A DNA stretch of 32,000 nt from Phycisphaera mikurensis NBRC 102666 (GCF_000284115.1 NC_017080.1:3000001-3032000); one strand, 5' to 3'; positions 7,279 to 16,928 are shown, counted from the first letter of the stretch. The notes: generated from the letters alone by a model not told the origin. Numbers and translations: made by a program.

Positions 7279-8244
7279 ATGGAACAACGCCGCCTGCCCG
7301 CCAACTCGAGACCCTCCGCGTCCGACGGCTTGGAGGAGCCTCACGTCGCGTCACCGAAGACGGCACGCTGTCGGATCTGCGACGAGGCGACGAGCCCGTC
7401 GTTCGACGCGCTCGTGCTCGGACGCCACCGGGTTGGGTACCACACGTGCGGGTCGTGCGGATTCCTGCAGACCGACGAGCCCTTCTGGTTGAAAGAGGCC
7501 TACGCCGCGCCCATCGCTTCGGTAGACGTCGGCCTGCTGAGCCGGAACGCCGCGAACGCCGATGCGACGTCGCTGCTGATCGACCGGCTCCTGCCTCAAG
7601 CGGAGCGTTTCCTCGACCACGGTGGCGGCTACGGCATCTTCACGCGGATGATGCGCGACCGCGGGTACGCCTTCCTCCACCACGACCCGCACTGCGAGAA
7701 CCTCTTCGCTCCGCAGCATGGGTGCCAGCCGCAGGCTTTTGACCGCGCCTTCGACCTCACCACGGCTTGGGAGGTTTTCGAGCACCTCGTCGATCCCGTC
7801 GCGACGGCTCGGGAGGTGCTGGGTTTCTCGCGGGTGCTGCTCTTCTCGACCGTGCTGCAGCCCGCGGCGGAGATCCGCTCCGCTGAAGACTGGTGGTACC
7901 TCGTGCCCGAGACCGGCCAGCACGTCGGCTTCTACACGGTCGATGCGCTACACCGCCTGGCGGAGCGGTGCGGGGCTTGCCTCCGAAGCGATGGCACCAA
8001 CCTGCACACGCTCAGCCGCGAGCCGCTCCCACGGGATCCTTTCGCATCGGCACCACCGACGCCCCGCGGGCCGGGCCGCCGGAGCCTGCTGGACGCGGAC
8101 TTCGCCGACGCGATGACGAGGCTCCGCCTAAGGCAGGCGGAGCCGATCGGTGCGGCCACGAAGCCACGGCAGATCACCCGGCCATCGCGTGAAGCGCCGT
8201 CCGCCAAGCGGCTTCCAGGCGCTGGGCGGTCGGCTCCCGCGTGA
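7279..8244 (+). CDS. Class I SAM-dependent methyltransferase with N-terminal Cys4 zinc-ribbon
   Basis: The zinc-ribbon is CRICDE...CGSCGF, followed by the SAM-binding loop FLDHGGGYGIFTRMMRDRGY and WEVFEHLVDP. Start is ambiguous: ATG at 7279 or 7225, and the track ORF begins at 7108. The 3' tail overlaps the convergent GT4 gene by about 70 nt. Confidence 0.7.
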   Translation: MEQRRLPANSRPSASDGLEEPHVASPKTARCRICDEATSPSFDALVLGRHRVGYHTCGSCGFLQTDEPFWLKEAYAAPIASVDVGLLSRNAANADATSLLIDRLLPQAERFLDHGGGYGIFTRMMRDRGYAFLHHDPHCENLFAPQHGCQPQAFDRAFDLTTAWEVFEHLVDPVATAREVLGFSRVLLFSTVLQPAAEIRSAEDWWYLVPETGQHVGFYTVDALHRLAERCGACLRSDGTNLHTLSREPLPRDPFASAPPTPRGPGRRSLLDADFADAMTRLRLRQAEPIGAATKPRQITRPSREAPSAKRLPGAGRSAPA

Positions 8245-9244
8245 GCTCCTCGAAGCGGCGCGAGCCGTGCGTGGCGATGGCTTCGCGGTGCGCGGGATCC
8301 TGCGCCAGGCGGCAGAGCTGCGCGGCGATCGCGTCGGGATCGCGCGGGTCGAAGGTCGCGGCCGGGTTGCGGATCGTGTCCGGCAGCGAGGTGACGGCGG
8401 AGCAGGCGACCGGCACGCCCAGGGACATCGCCTCGCCGAGGGGGATGCTGCCCGCCTCGTAGAGCGTCGGGATCACCACCGCGAGGCAACGCCGGTAGAG
8501 CCAGGCCAGCTCCGCCTCGGGCACGATCCCCAGGAAGCGGACGCGGGCCCGCACCGGCGAGTTGGCGAGCCGCGCCTCGATGGCGGCCATGTGCCCATTG
8601 CGCCGGCCCGTGCAGACCAGGCCCGCCGGGGAGCCGGTCTCGGCGGCGAAGCGCTCGAACGCGTCGATGAGCCGGAGGTGGTTCTTGTGCGGCCACGTCT
8701 GGGCGGGGTACAGGAAGAAGTCCCCGAGGCGCCGGTGCCGGTCCGCGAAGCGGGCCCGCTCCGCCGGCGGCGGCTCCGGCAGCCGGAAATGCCCCCAGGG
8801 CAGCGGGACCACCGTCACCTTCTCCGGCGGCAGGCCGAAGTGGTGCAGCAGGTCGTCGCGGACGTGCGGGAAGGAGACGACAACGTGGGCGGCACGGTCC
8901 AGGAGAGCGGGGTAGGCCGCTTCGCGGAACGCGAGCACCTCCGCGTCGAAGTGCTCGGGGTGGTGGAGGTGCTGCACATCGTGCATCGTGCACGCGTAGC
9001 GGACCCGCAGGTTGGGCGGCGGGACCTGCGCGGGGACGTGCAGGAGGTCCAGGAAGCTCTCCAGCGGCCGGCCGCGGGGGCCCCGGCCGAAGTGCAGGTC
9101 GTGGGGCACCTCGGCGACGCCGAGGCCCGGGCCGAAGGCGTGGGCGCCGAGCGTCGACCAGAGCCGCTCGCCGTAGGGGCCAACGCCGCCGTCGGCGAGG
9201 CCGTGCAGGCCGGTGAGGAAGCCGACCTTCACGCCCCGCTCCAC
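8174..9244 (-). CDS. Glycosyltransferase family 4 (GT-B, retaining type)
   Basis: 356 aa with a GTG start. The C-terminal half has the typical GT4 signature LYPAQTWPHKNH...FLGIVPEAELAWLY...PTLYEAGSIPLGEAMSLGVPVACS. Confidence 0.8.
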   Translation of the reverse strand: MERGVKVGFLTGLHGLADGGVGPYGERLWSTLGAHAFGPGLGVAEVPHDLHFGRGPRGRPLESFLDLLHVPAQVPPPNLRVRYACTMHDVQHLHHPEHFDAEVLAFREAAYPALLDRAAHVVVSFPHVRDDLLHHFGLPPEKVTVVPLPWGHFRLPEPPPAERARFADRHRRLGDFFLYPAQTWPHKNHLRLIDAFERFAAETGSPAGLVCTGRRNGHMAAIEARLANSPVRARVRFLGIVPEAELAWLYRRCLAVVIPTLYEAGSIPLGEAMSLGVPVACSAVTSLPDTIRNPAATFDPRDPDAIAAQLCRLAQDPAHREAIATHGSRRFEELTREPTAQRLEAAWRTALHAMAG

Positions 9245-9302
9245 CGGATCCCGCGTGCCGCCCCGACCGCCGGGCCTGGTTGTCTTCGCCGGCGAAGCCG
9301 TC

Positions 9303-10463
9303 TCAAAGCGCCTCCCGCAGCGACGCGGCCACGCGATCGACCTGGGCGTCGGCGAGGCCGGGGTGGCTGGGGAGGTTCAGCCCGGCCGCCGCCACGGCGG
9401 AGGAAACGGGGAAGTCCTCCGCCGCTCCGCCGTGCATCGGCATGCGGTGGACGGGGTGGAACACCGGCCGCGTCTCGATGCCGCGCCGGAGGAGGCTCCA
9501 ACGCACCGCGTCGCGCCGCTTCGGCTCGGGCAGGCGCAGGCACACCATCCAGTGGCTGTGGACCGTGCCCGGCCGCGTCGCCTGGAACGCGAGCCCGGGC
9601 AGACGCTCGCGGTACCGCGCCGCGATCGCCCGCTTGCGGGCGAGCACGCCGTCGAGCCGCTGCAGCTGGGCGCAGCCGATCGCGGCGCAGATGTTGGTCA
9701 TGCGGTAGTTGAAGCCCACCTCGTCGTGCCAGTAGGGATCCTCGCCGGCGAGGCCCTGGCCCTTGAGCTTGGCCACCCGCTCCGCCACGTCGGCGCGGTG
9801 GGTCAGCACCATGCCGCCCTCTCCGGTGGTGAGCGTCTTGTTCCCGTAGAAGCTCAGCGTGGCGGCGTCGCTCCCGGCGCCGACGTGGCCGAGGGGGGTC
9901 GCGCTGCCGAGGGCCTCGGCGGCGTCCTCCACCACGGCGAGCCCGTGACGCGCGGCGACGGCGTGCAGGGCGGGCGTGTCGCAGGGCTGGCCGTAGAGGT
10001 GCACGGCGAGGATCGCGGCGGTCCGCGGGCCCACGGCGGCCGCCACGGCGGCCGGGTCCATCTGCCAGGTCTCGGCGTCGCAGTCGACGAAGACGGGCTT
10101 CGCTCCGGCGTACGCGATCGCGTTGACCGACGCGACGTAGGTGAGCGTGGGGACGATCACCTCGTCGCCGGGCCCGACGCCGACGCCGAGCAGCGCGACG
10201 TGCAGGGCGGCCGTGCCGTTGCAGACGGCGACGCCGTGGCGGTGGCCGGTCCAAGCGGCGAGCTCCTGCTCGAACCGGCCGACGAACCCGCCCTTGGACG
10301 AGATCCAGCCGCTGTCGAGGCACCGCAGCACGTACTCCCGCTCCAGCGGGCCCAGGCCCGGCTCGTACACGGGGATGAAGCCGGCCGCGGCCGCGTCGCC
10401 GGGTGCCTCGGCGAGTGCAACCGCTGCCTCGCCTGCTCGCGGCCGGTCGTGCGGGGCTTCCAC
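9303..10463 (-). CDS. DegT/DnrJ/EryC1/StrS-family PLP-dependent sugar aminotransferase
   Basis: 386 aa. Motifs seen are CNGTAALHVAL, DEVIVPTLTYVASVNAI and SFYGNKTLTTGEGGMV (PLP-lysine motif). It lies 58 nt upstream of the GT4 gene on the same strand. Confidence 0.9.
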   Translation of the reverse strand: MEAPHDRPRAGEAAVALAEAPGDAAAAGFIPVYEPGLGPLEREYVLRCLDSGWISSKGGFVGRFEQELAAWTGHRHGVAVCNGTAALHVALLGVGVGPGDEVIVPTLTYVASVNAIAYAGAKPVFVDCDAETWQMDPAAVAAAVGPRTAAILAVHLYGQPCDTPALHAVAARHGLAVVEDAAEALGSATPLGHVGAGSDAATLSFYGNKTLTTGEGGMVLTHRADVAERVAKLKGQGLAGEDPYWHDEVGFNYRMTNICAAIGCAQLQRLDGVLARKRAIAARYRERLPGLAFQATRPGTVHSHWMVCLRLPEPKRRDAVRWSLLRRGIETRPVFHPVHRMPMHGGAAEDFPVSSAVAAAGLNLPSHPGLADAQVDRVAASLREAL

Positions 10464-10693
10464 CGCCCGAAGCTAGCAGGGCCCGGTGGCGGCGAAGGCC
10501 GGAGCACGGCCGCGCGACCGCTGCGCCAGGTCGCGTCTGGAAACCCCCTGAGGCCAAAGCGACAGCGGGAGGAGTCGCTGCCAAGGAGGGCGAAGCCGGG
10601 GGCTGTGGCCCCCGGATGTAGCCCGACGCCGGCAGCGGCTTCTCCCGCCGAGCGACGCCCAGCGGGTATTCAGACGCGGCCTAACTTGGGCTC

Positions 10694-11821
10694 GTGCACG
10701 CGGACGACGCGACGGAGGTCTGGTACGCGATCCCCTCGGCCGCGCCCGACAAGGCGCAGGAGACGCTGCCGGTGTGGAGGCGGATGGGGTACCGCGTGGC
10801 GGTGCTGCTCGACGGCGACACGCCGGAGGTGCCGGCCGACCGGACGCTGCGGGTCCCGCGGTACCGCGGCTGGTCCGCCTCGGTGAACGAGCTCATCGAG
10901 CGGGTGGTGCCGCCCTCGGCCGGGATCGTCGTCACCGGCGGCGACGACATGCTCCCGGTCCCCGGCCAGCCGGCGCCGGCGCTGGCCCGGCAGTTCGCGG
11001 ACCGCTTCCCCGGGCTCGACGGCGTCATGCAGCCGTGCGGCGACGGCTTCGGCGGGGCCGGGGGCTTCTGCGGCTCGCCCTGGATCGGGCGCGGCTTCAT
11101 CGAGCGTGCCTACGGCGGGCGGGGACCGCTCTGGCCGGGCTACTTCCACACGCACGCCGACGTGGAGCTGCACGACGTCGCGGAGCGGACCGGCCGGCTG
11201 TGGATGCGGCCGGAGATCGGCCAGCACCACGCGCACGCCACGCGCGACGCCGCGGCCGGCGGCGGCGGCGAGGTCACGCCGGGCGGCCGGGCCGACGTGC
11301 GGCGTGACCTGGAGCTCTTCCTCCGGCGGCACCTCGACCACTTCCCCGGCTCGGGCCTGCCGGCGGAGGGGCCGGCGCCACCACACCGCCTCGAGAGCCA
11401 CTGGTTCCGCACGATCGGCCTCGCCGGGCTCGGGGGCGGGGCCTTCGAGGACGAGGCCCTCCGGCTCGCGCTCGGGGGCCTCGCCGACCGCGGCGTGGAG
11501 CGGGTGGCGCTCTGCCCGGCGGGGCGCTGGCTCCGCCGGGCCGCCTCCGCGCTGGCGGACCCGCCGGTGGAGGTCGTGGCCGTGGCGGACGACGCCGCCC
11601 CCGCGGCCGCGGGCCGCTTCCTGGGGTACCCGCGGGTGCGGCCGGAGGTCCTGCTCGACGGCCTCCCCGGCGGACCGCCCGGAGCGGTCCTGCTCTGCAC
11701 GGACACGCACACGGCGAAGCTCCACGCGCGGCTGGGGTTCCTGGCCGCCGCGGGCGTTGAGGTCGCTCCGCTGCCGGCGGCCGGCGGACCGGAGGCCGCC
11801 GCCCGCACCGGCTCTCTTTAG
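10694..11821 (+). CDS. Uncharacterised protein: unknown N-terminal domain with a GGDD motif plus a C-terminal Rossmann-like module shared with 13873-15963
   Basis: 375 aa with a GTG start and strong GC3 bias. No family is recognised for residues 1-250. Residues about 255-360 (LADRGVERVALCPAG...VEVVAVADD...GYP) align by eye with the C-terminus of the downstream GT4 protein. Confidence 0.6.
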   Translation: MHADDATEVWYAIPSAAPDKAQETLPVWRRMGYRVAVLLDGDTPEVPADRTLRVPRYRGWSASVNELIERVVPPSAGIVVTGGDDMLPVPGQPAPALARQFADRFPGLDGVMQPCGDGFGGAGGFCGSPWIGRGFIERAYGGRGPLWPGYFHTHADVELHDVAERTGRLWMRPEIGQHHAHATRDAAAGGGGEVTPGGRADVRRDLELFLRRHLDHFPGSGLPAEGPAPPHRLESHWFRTIGLAGLGGGAFEDEALRLALGGLADRGVERVALCPAGRWLRRAASALADPPVEVVAVADDAAPAAAGRFLGYPRVRPEVLLDGLPGGPPGAVLLCTDTHTAKLHARLGFLAAAGVEVAPLPAAGGPEAAARTGSL

Positions 11822-11863
11822 GCTCGGGCCGTCCGCCCCGGAATCGCCCGGATCCCGCCCCCG

Positions 11864-13786
11864 ATGAGCACCGAAGCCACCCCCCCGCCGCGGATCGTGC
11901 TCGGCGCGGAGGCGGCGGCGGGGGTCGGACGGATGCTGCGTGAGCGGCGGGCCGCCGACGCGCCGCACTACCAGCCGCTGGTCCACCTGGTCGACCCGGC
12001 CGAGGGTGCCCCGCTGCGGGAAGCGGCCGCGGGGCTCCACCCGGCGGAGGTGAGGCTGCACGGGGGCCCGGACTGCCTCCGCTCGCTCGCGGCGGCGCTG
12101 GGCGAGGAGCTGCACGCGGCGCTGCCCCCGGCGCTGACGCTGTCGCCGCGGCTGGCGGCGCTGCGGGAGCCGGCCGCGGCGGCGCTGCGGGCGCTCGCGA
12201 CGCTGCAGAAGAAGCGGGAGGACGCGGCCCGCCGGCGGCTGGCGGCGCGGGACGCGGCGCGGGACGCGGCGTGGTGGGCCCGCCGCCTCGCGGACGCCGC
12301 CGGCACGGAGACGGGCGCCGGCCAGCCGCTGCGGGTGGCGGTCGTCACCTCGCGGTTCAGCACCTTCCTGCGGCACGCGGCGGCGGGCCTGGCCGCCGCG
12401 GTGGGGCGACGCGGCGGCCTGTGCGAGCTGGTGCTCGAGCCGACGCCGCACGGCCCGCGGGCCCCGCTTCAGCTCCTGGAGCGGTGTCTCGCGCTCGACC
12501 CGGACCTCCTCGTCGGCATCAACTTCCGACGCGCCGACCTGCCGGGCCACCTGCCCGAGGGCGTGCCCTTCGTCTGCTGGATCCAGGACGCGATGCCGCA
12601 CCTCTTCCGGCCGGCGGGAACCGGGCCGGGACCGCGCGACTTCGTGGCCGGCCTGCGGCTCGCGGGAAGCGACGCGTTGGAGCGCTGCCCGCCGGAGCGT
12701 TTCCTGCACTTCGGGGTGCCGGTGGCGCCCGAGCGTTTCGCCGGCGGGAGCGGCCGCCCGCGGACCGGCCGCGGCCGCGGCGTGGTCTACGTCAGCCACC
12801 AATCCGAGCCCGCCGACCGCCTCATCGAGCGGACGCGGGCCGGGGCGGCGGCGCCCGACCGAGACCGCTACGACCGGGCGGTGGTCCTGGTCCGCGAGGC
12901 GGTGGACCGCTGGCCGACGACCGCTCCGCTGGGGCTGCTGCGCCGGGCGGCGGACGCGCTGCTCCCCGCCCACCCGCGGCCGGGCGCCCGCGAGGCGATG
13001 CTCCGCCTGCACGTGGCGCCGCTCGCCGAGCGGCTGCTGCGGCACGAGACGCTGGCCTGGGCGGCGGAGGCCGCGGCCGCGTGCGGCCTGGAACTGCGGC
13101 TCCACGGCCGCGGCTGGGAGGACCACCCGACGCTGGCCCGCCACGCGGCGGGGCCGGCGGGCCACGCCGACGCGCTCGCCGGCGTCTACGCGGGGGCGGT
13201 CGCGTCGCTGCACGCCTCCGTGGAGGGCACGGCGCACCCGCGCGTGGCGGAGATCGCCATCGCGGGCGGCCTCCCGCTCGCCCGCCGCAGCTGGCAGGAG
13301 CTGTTCCACCTGCACTTCCACCGCGTCTACACGTACGCGTCGACGGTGCCCCCCGACCGGTGCCTCACGGCGGATCGGAAGCACGTCTTCGAGCTGGAGC
13401 GGCACCCGCGGCTGCGGCGGCGCCTCCGCGAGCGGGAGCGCCTGCCTCCGCTGCCCGATGAGATCGCCTTCGACGGCGCCGGCTGGGACCACCTCCGCCC
13501 GCCCAGCGACTGGCCGCGCCGCTGGGCGGTGCGGGCGGACCAGCCCGTGCCGGAGCTGCCGCGTTTCGCGCACGGGCTGGTGCTCTACGGAAACCCCCGG
13601 GATCTGACCTTCTCGACGCCAGGCGGCCTCGCCAAGAGGCTCCAACGGGCGGCGGACGACCCCGCCCGCGGCGTCCGACGCTCCGCCCGGCTCGCCTCGA
13701 TCGCGCGGCGGACGCAATCCACCGACGCCTTCCTTCAGGAGGTGCTCGGCGTGGTGCGGCGGGAGACCGCCGCCGCGGTGGGCTGA
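11864..13786 (+). CDS. Hypothetical protein, CgeB-like glycosyltransferase-like C-terminal half (tentative)
   Basis: 640 aa. The N-terminal 150 aa or so are Ala/Arg-rich and probably helical. The central region LRVAVVTSRFSTFLRH...VCWIQD and the C-terminal LELRLHGRGWEDHP...VYAGAVASLHA...RVAEIAIAGGLPLARR resemble the CgeB / Glyco_trans_1_2 pattern. This call rests on recalled motif patterns only. Confidence 0.5.
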   Translation: MSTEATPPPRIVLGAEAAAGVGRMLRERRAADAPHYQPLVHLVDPAEGAPLREAAAGLHPAEVRLHGGPDCLRSLAAALGEELHAALPPALTLSPRLAALREPAAAALRALATLQKKREDAARRRLAARDAARDAAWWARRLADAAGTETGAGQPLRVAVVTSRFSTFLRHAAAGLAAAVGRRGGLCELVLEPTPHGPRAPLQLLERCLALDPDLLVGINFRRADLPGHLPEGVPFVCWIQDAMPHLFRPAGTGPGPRDFVAGLRLAGSDALERCPPERFLHFGVPVAPERFAGGSGRPRTGRGRGVVYVSHQSEPADRLIERTRAGAAAPDRDRYDRAVVLVREAVDRWPTTAPLGLLRRAADALLPAHPRPGAREAMLRLHVAPLAERLLRHETLAWAAEAAAACGLELRLHGRGWEDHPTLARHAAGPAGHADALAGVYAGAVASLHASVEGTAHPRVAEIAIAGGLPLARRSWQELFHLHFHRVYTYASTVPPDRCLTADRKHVFELERHPRLRRRLRERERLPPLPDEIAFDGAGWDHLRPPSDWPRRWAVRADQPVPELPRFAHGLVLYGNPRDLTFSTPGGLAKRLQRAADDPARGVRRSARLASIARRTQSTDAFLQEVLGVVRRETAAAVG

Positions 13787-13872
13787 GCCCGGCGCCGCGG
13801 ACCGCGGCCTCGATCGGCCTGCGGAGGTCACGGTCCGCGGGCCCCCGCCGCGAGCGGTAGCGTCGGGGCCGC

Positions 13873-15963
13873 ATGCCCCCGGAGCCGACGCCGACGAACC
13901 CGCGCGGGACCGCCCCGCGACCGCCGCGGGTGGCGATGATCGGGCGCGGCTTCGGCGCCACCGGGGGCGGCGTGGGCGTCTACCTCGACGGCGCCTCCCG
14001 GACGCTCGCGGACGCGGGCGTGGCGGTGCACGTGGTGACCGCGGCGGCGGACGGCTCCGCCCGCACCCAGCGGGACGGGCTCCGCACCGTGCACCGGCTC
14101 CCGCTGCTGCCGGCGTCGTGCGGCTGGGAGCGGCAGGTGGCCGCCTTCGCAATGGACGCGGCCGAGCGGGTGGCGGCGCTGCACGCCGCGGGCGCCGTGG
14201 ACGTGGCCGAGGTCGCCGAGTTCGAGGCCGCCGGCCTGGCGCTGCAGCTGCTCGGGCGGGCGGCGGGGGGCGCCCGCCGCTGCCCGGTGCAGGTCCACGC
14301 CCACTGCCCCACCGCCGAGCTGATGCGGATGAGCTCGGTGCCGGCGTCGCTTCCGGGCGCCTCCGTCCGCCGGATCGACCTGGCGGAGCGGGCCTCGCTG
14401 CTGCTCGCCGACGGCGTGGTGACGCCCTCGGCCTCCCAGGCCGGCTGGCTGCGGGGCCCGCTGGGGCTCCCGATCGAGCCGGCCGTGATCCCCCTGCCTC
14501 TCGCCGATCCGGGGCCGCCGCCGCCCTGGCCCGAGGGCCCGCCCGAGGTGCTGTACGCCGGGCGGCTGGAGCCGGGCAAGGGCGTGGAGGCGCTGGTGCG
14601 GGCGTGGCCGGCGGTGGCGGAAGCGGTGCCCGGGGCGCGCCTGCGGATGGCCGGCGCGGACACGTCGACGGCGCCCGGCGGCGGATCGATGCGCGCCCAT
14701 CTGGCGGCGCTGCTGGAGGAAGCAGGCGTCGCCCCGCCGGCCGCCGCCTTCCTCGGAGCGCTCCCGCCGGCGGGCTTGGCGGAGGCGCGGGCCCGCGCCC
14801 GGGTCTGCGTGGTCCCGTCGCTCTGGGAGAGCTTCTCGTGGAGCTGCGCCGAGGCGATGGCCGCGGCCCGCCCCGTGGTCGCCTCGGACACGGGGGCGAT
14901 GCGGGAGCTGCTCGGCGGCTGCGAGGGCGGGTGGCTGTTCGCTTCGGGCCGGGTGGAGGCGCTCGCGGACGCGCTCCGGCGGGCGCTGCAGGAGACCCCC
15001 GAAGCGGCGGCGGCACGCGGGCGGCGGGGGCGGGAGCGGGTCCTCCGCCGCTGCGACCCGGCGGCGAACAACGCGCAGCGGATCCAACGCTTCGCGGACC
15101 TCGTCGCTCGCGCGGAGGTGCGGGACCCCCGGCCGCGACGGCTCCCGCCGGATCGGCGCGAAAGGCTCCGGGAGGTCGGCGTGGCGCTGGCCCGCGGCGG
15201 CGATGGACCGCACCCGGCGGTGTCCGCCGACGCCGTCCCGCCGGCCTGGCACGGCTGGCTGGGGGTCCGACGCGAGCGCGCCGGGGCTTCCGCGGCCGCC
15301 CCCGGCTCGATGGATCTGCCGGAGCCGCCGACGCGCGGCACGGCCGAAGCGGCCCTGGTTCCGCTGCTGCTGGCGTGCCTGACCGGCGATGCGGCGGAGC
15401 CTCCCGCTTTCGCGTGGGCGGCCGCCGAGGAGGACCCGGCCGCGGCCGACGCCGTGGACCTGGTCCGCGTGCTGGCGCCCGGGCTGCGCTGCCTGCACCC
15501 CGACGCGGCCTGGCGACGCTTCGGCGTGGACGCCGCCGACCCCGGTGCGGGCGCGGAGCCGCTGGCCGCGGCGCGGCGGTGGCTGGGGCTGCAGCCACCG
15601 GTCGGCGACCCGGGCACGACCGACGCGAGGGGCGACGCCGCGGCCCGCCTCGGCCGCGCCCTGCAGGACCTCGCCGACCGCGGGGTCCGCCGCGTCGCGC
15701 TGCACGGCGCCGGGGCGCACACCCGCCGCGGCGCCGCCGCCCTCGCCGAGCCGCCGGTCCGGATCGTGGCGGTGCTCGACGACGACCCGCGCCGCGCCGG
15801 CGGGTCGCTCTTCGGCCACCCGGTCCTCGGGCCCGACGAGGCCGTCGCCCGCGGCTTGATGGAGGCGGTCGTGCTCAGCTCCGACGCCGCCGAGGAGCAG
15901 CTCGCCGCCGGCTGGGCGCAGCGGGCGGCGCCCGGTGTCGAGGTGGTCCGGCTCTACGCCTGA
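13873..15963 (+). CDS. GT4 glycosyltransferase fused to a C-terminal extension of about 300 aa that ends in a Rossmann-like module
   Basis: 696 aa. The GT4 core is RVAMIGRGFGATGGGVGVY, GRLEPGKGVEALV and VVPSLWESFSWSCAEAMAAARPVVASDTGAMRELL (E-x7-E). The C-terminal 110 aa, LADRGVRRVALHGAG...VRIVAVLDDD...GHPVLG, are homologous to the tail of 10694-11821. Confidence 0.8.
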   Translation: MPPEPTPTNPRGTAPRPPRVAMIGRGFGATGGGVGVYLDGASRTLADAGVAVHVVTAAADGSARTQRDGLRTVHRLPLLPASCGWERQVAAFAMDAAERVAALHAAGAVDVAEVAEFEAAGLALQLLGRAAGGARRCPVQVHAHCPTAELMRMSSVPASLPGASVRRIDLAERASLLLADGVVTPSASQAGWLRGPLGLPIEPAVIPLPLADPGPPPPWPEGPPEVLYAGRLEPGKGVEALVRAWPAVAEAVPGARLRMAGADTSTAPGGGSMRAHLAALLEEAGVAPPAAAFLGALPPAGLAEARARARVCVVPSLWESFSWSCAEAMAAARPVVASDTGAMRELLGGCEGGWLFASGRVEALADALRRALQETPEAAAARGRRGRERVLRRCDPAANNAQRIQRFADLVARAEVRDPRPRRLPPDRRERLREVGVALARGGDGPHPAVSADAVPPAWHGWLGVRRERAGASAAAPGSMDLPEPPTRGTAEAALVPLLLACLTGDAAEPPAFAWAAAEEDPAAADAVDLVRVLAPGLRCLHPDAAWRRFGVDAADPGAGAEPLAAARRWLGLQPPVGDPGTTDARGDAAARLGRALQDLADRGVRRVALHGAGAHTRRGAAALAEPPVRIVAVLDDDPRRAGGSLFGHPVLGPDEAVARGLMEAVVLSSDAAEEQLAAGWAQRAAPGVEVVRLYA

Positions 15964-16928
15964 GCGGCCGGTGGACCGGGCACCGCGCGCGGCGCGCGCC
16001 GCTCTTGGCCCGGTGCCGGCCGCGGGCGGGTCAGCGTCTCGCCCGCGAGGCGGAGCAGGCGCGGGTCGCGGCCGCCGAACGCGTAGAGCCGGGCCAGCAG
16101 GATCCAATCCGCGTCGAGCCCCTCGCACGCGAGCCGGGCCATGCGCTCGTGGACGCCGCGGAAGACCGGCCGGCCGACCCAGCGCATCAGGTTGACGGCC
16201 GCCGCGGCCCGCACCGCGGCCGGCTCGTCCCGCGCGTGCCTCTTCAGCAGGCGGAGCGACTGCCGCAGCGTCTCGGACGGATCCGACACCGAGCCGTTGC
16301 CCGCGTGCAGCCGGTAGTGCAGCGTCACGGAGGGCTCCAGCCGCAGGCGCCGGCCGCGGCAGAGCTTCAGGAGCAGGTCCCAGTCCTCGACGATGCGCAG
16401 CGACGCGTCGAAGCCGCCCGCGGCGCGGACGGCGTCGGTCCGCAGGAGCGCCGAGCCCAGGCTGACGACCGGGTCGCCGATGACCAGGTCGTCGAAGCCG
16501 ATCGCGTCCGTGTCGGGCAGCGTGCCCAGCGCGATCGGCGGCCCGCCGGCCTCGCGGAAGCCCTCGACGCGGCCGGCGACGCCGACGGCCTCGGCGTCCC
16601 CATCCGCCCGCGCCCGCAGGCGGGCGAGGGCGCCGGGGGCGAGCCGGTCGTCGTCGTCGAGCACGCAGACCCACGCCGCGGCGGCCTCGCGGAGCGCCGC
16701 GTTGCGCGTCGCGGCGCCGCCCGCCGCGGGCGCCTCCACCAGGCGGCACCGCCCCGCCGCCGCGAGCGCCCGCAGCGCCGGCTCCGGCGCGGCATCGCCC
16801 CCGTCCACCGCCACCACGACCTCCACCGGGAGGCCCTCCGCGGCGGCGGGCACCGAGGCGACCGCCTCGGCGCACCATGCTGGCCGTCCCCTCGTGGCGA
16901 TGGCGACGCTGACGGCGGGAGCGGGCAT
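15954..16928 (-). CDS. Glycosyltransferase family 2 (GT-A)
   Basis: Only the C-terminal part of the 726-aa track ORF is credible. It starts at MPAPAVSVAIATRGRP (ATG complement at 16926-16928), with an alternative start 14 codons upstream at 16970. The DxD region is VCVLDDDDRLAP, followed by VEDWDLLLKL. Confidence 0.8.
   Translation of the reverse strand: MPAPAVSVAIATRGRPAWCAEAVASVPAAAEGLPVEVVVAVDGGDAAPEPALRALAAAGRCRLVEAPAAGGAATRNAALREAAAAWVCVLDDDDRLAPGALARLRARADGDAEAVGVAGRVEGFREAGGPPIALGTLPDTDAIGFDDLVIGDPVVSLGSALLRTDAVRAAGGFDASLRIVEDWDLLLKLCRGRRLRLEPSVTLHYRLHAGNGSVSDPSETLRQSLRLLKRHARDEPAAVRAAAAVNLMRWVGRPVFRGVHERMARLACEGLDADWILLARLYAFGGRDPRLLRLAGETLTRPRPAPGQERRAPRAVPGPPAAQA

Noticed and set aside
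10670-15598. 1642-aa ORF on the minus strand spanning several plus-strand genes
   Set aside because: The translation is Arg/Pro/Ala/Gly low-complexity with no recognisable domain. It is antisense to three plus-strand genes that have clear family motifs and GC3 bias. Such stop-free antisense frames are expected in very GC-rich DNA.
13828-16878. 1016-aa minus-strand ORF, and the N-terminal 954 codons of plus-strand ORF 14118..17990
   Set aside because: Both overlap the motif-bearing GT4 fusion and GT2 genes in other frames or strands and are compositionally Arg/Gly/Pro-rich. Only the last 336 codons of 14118..17990, from the ATG at 16980, look like a real GT2 protein.
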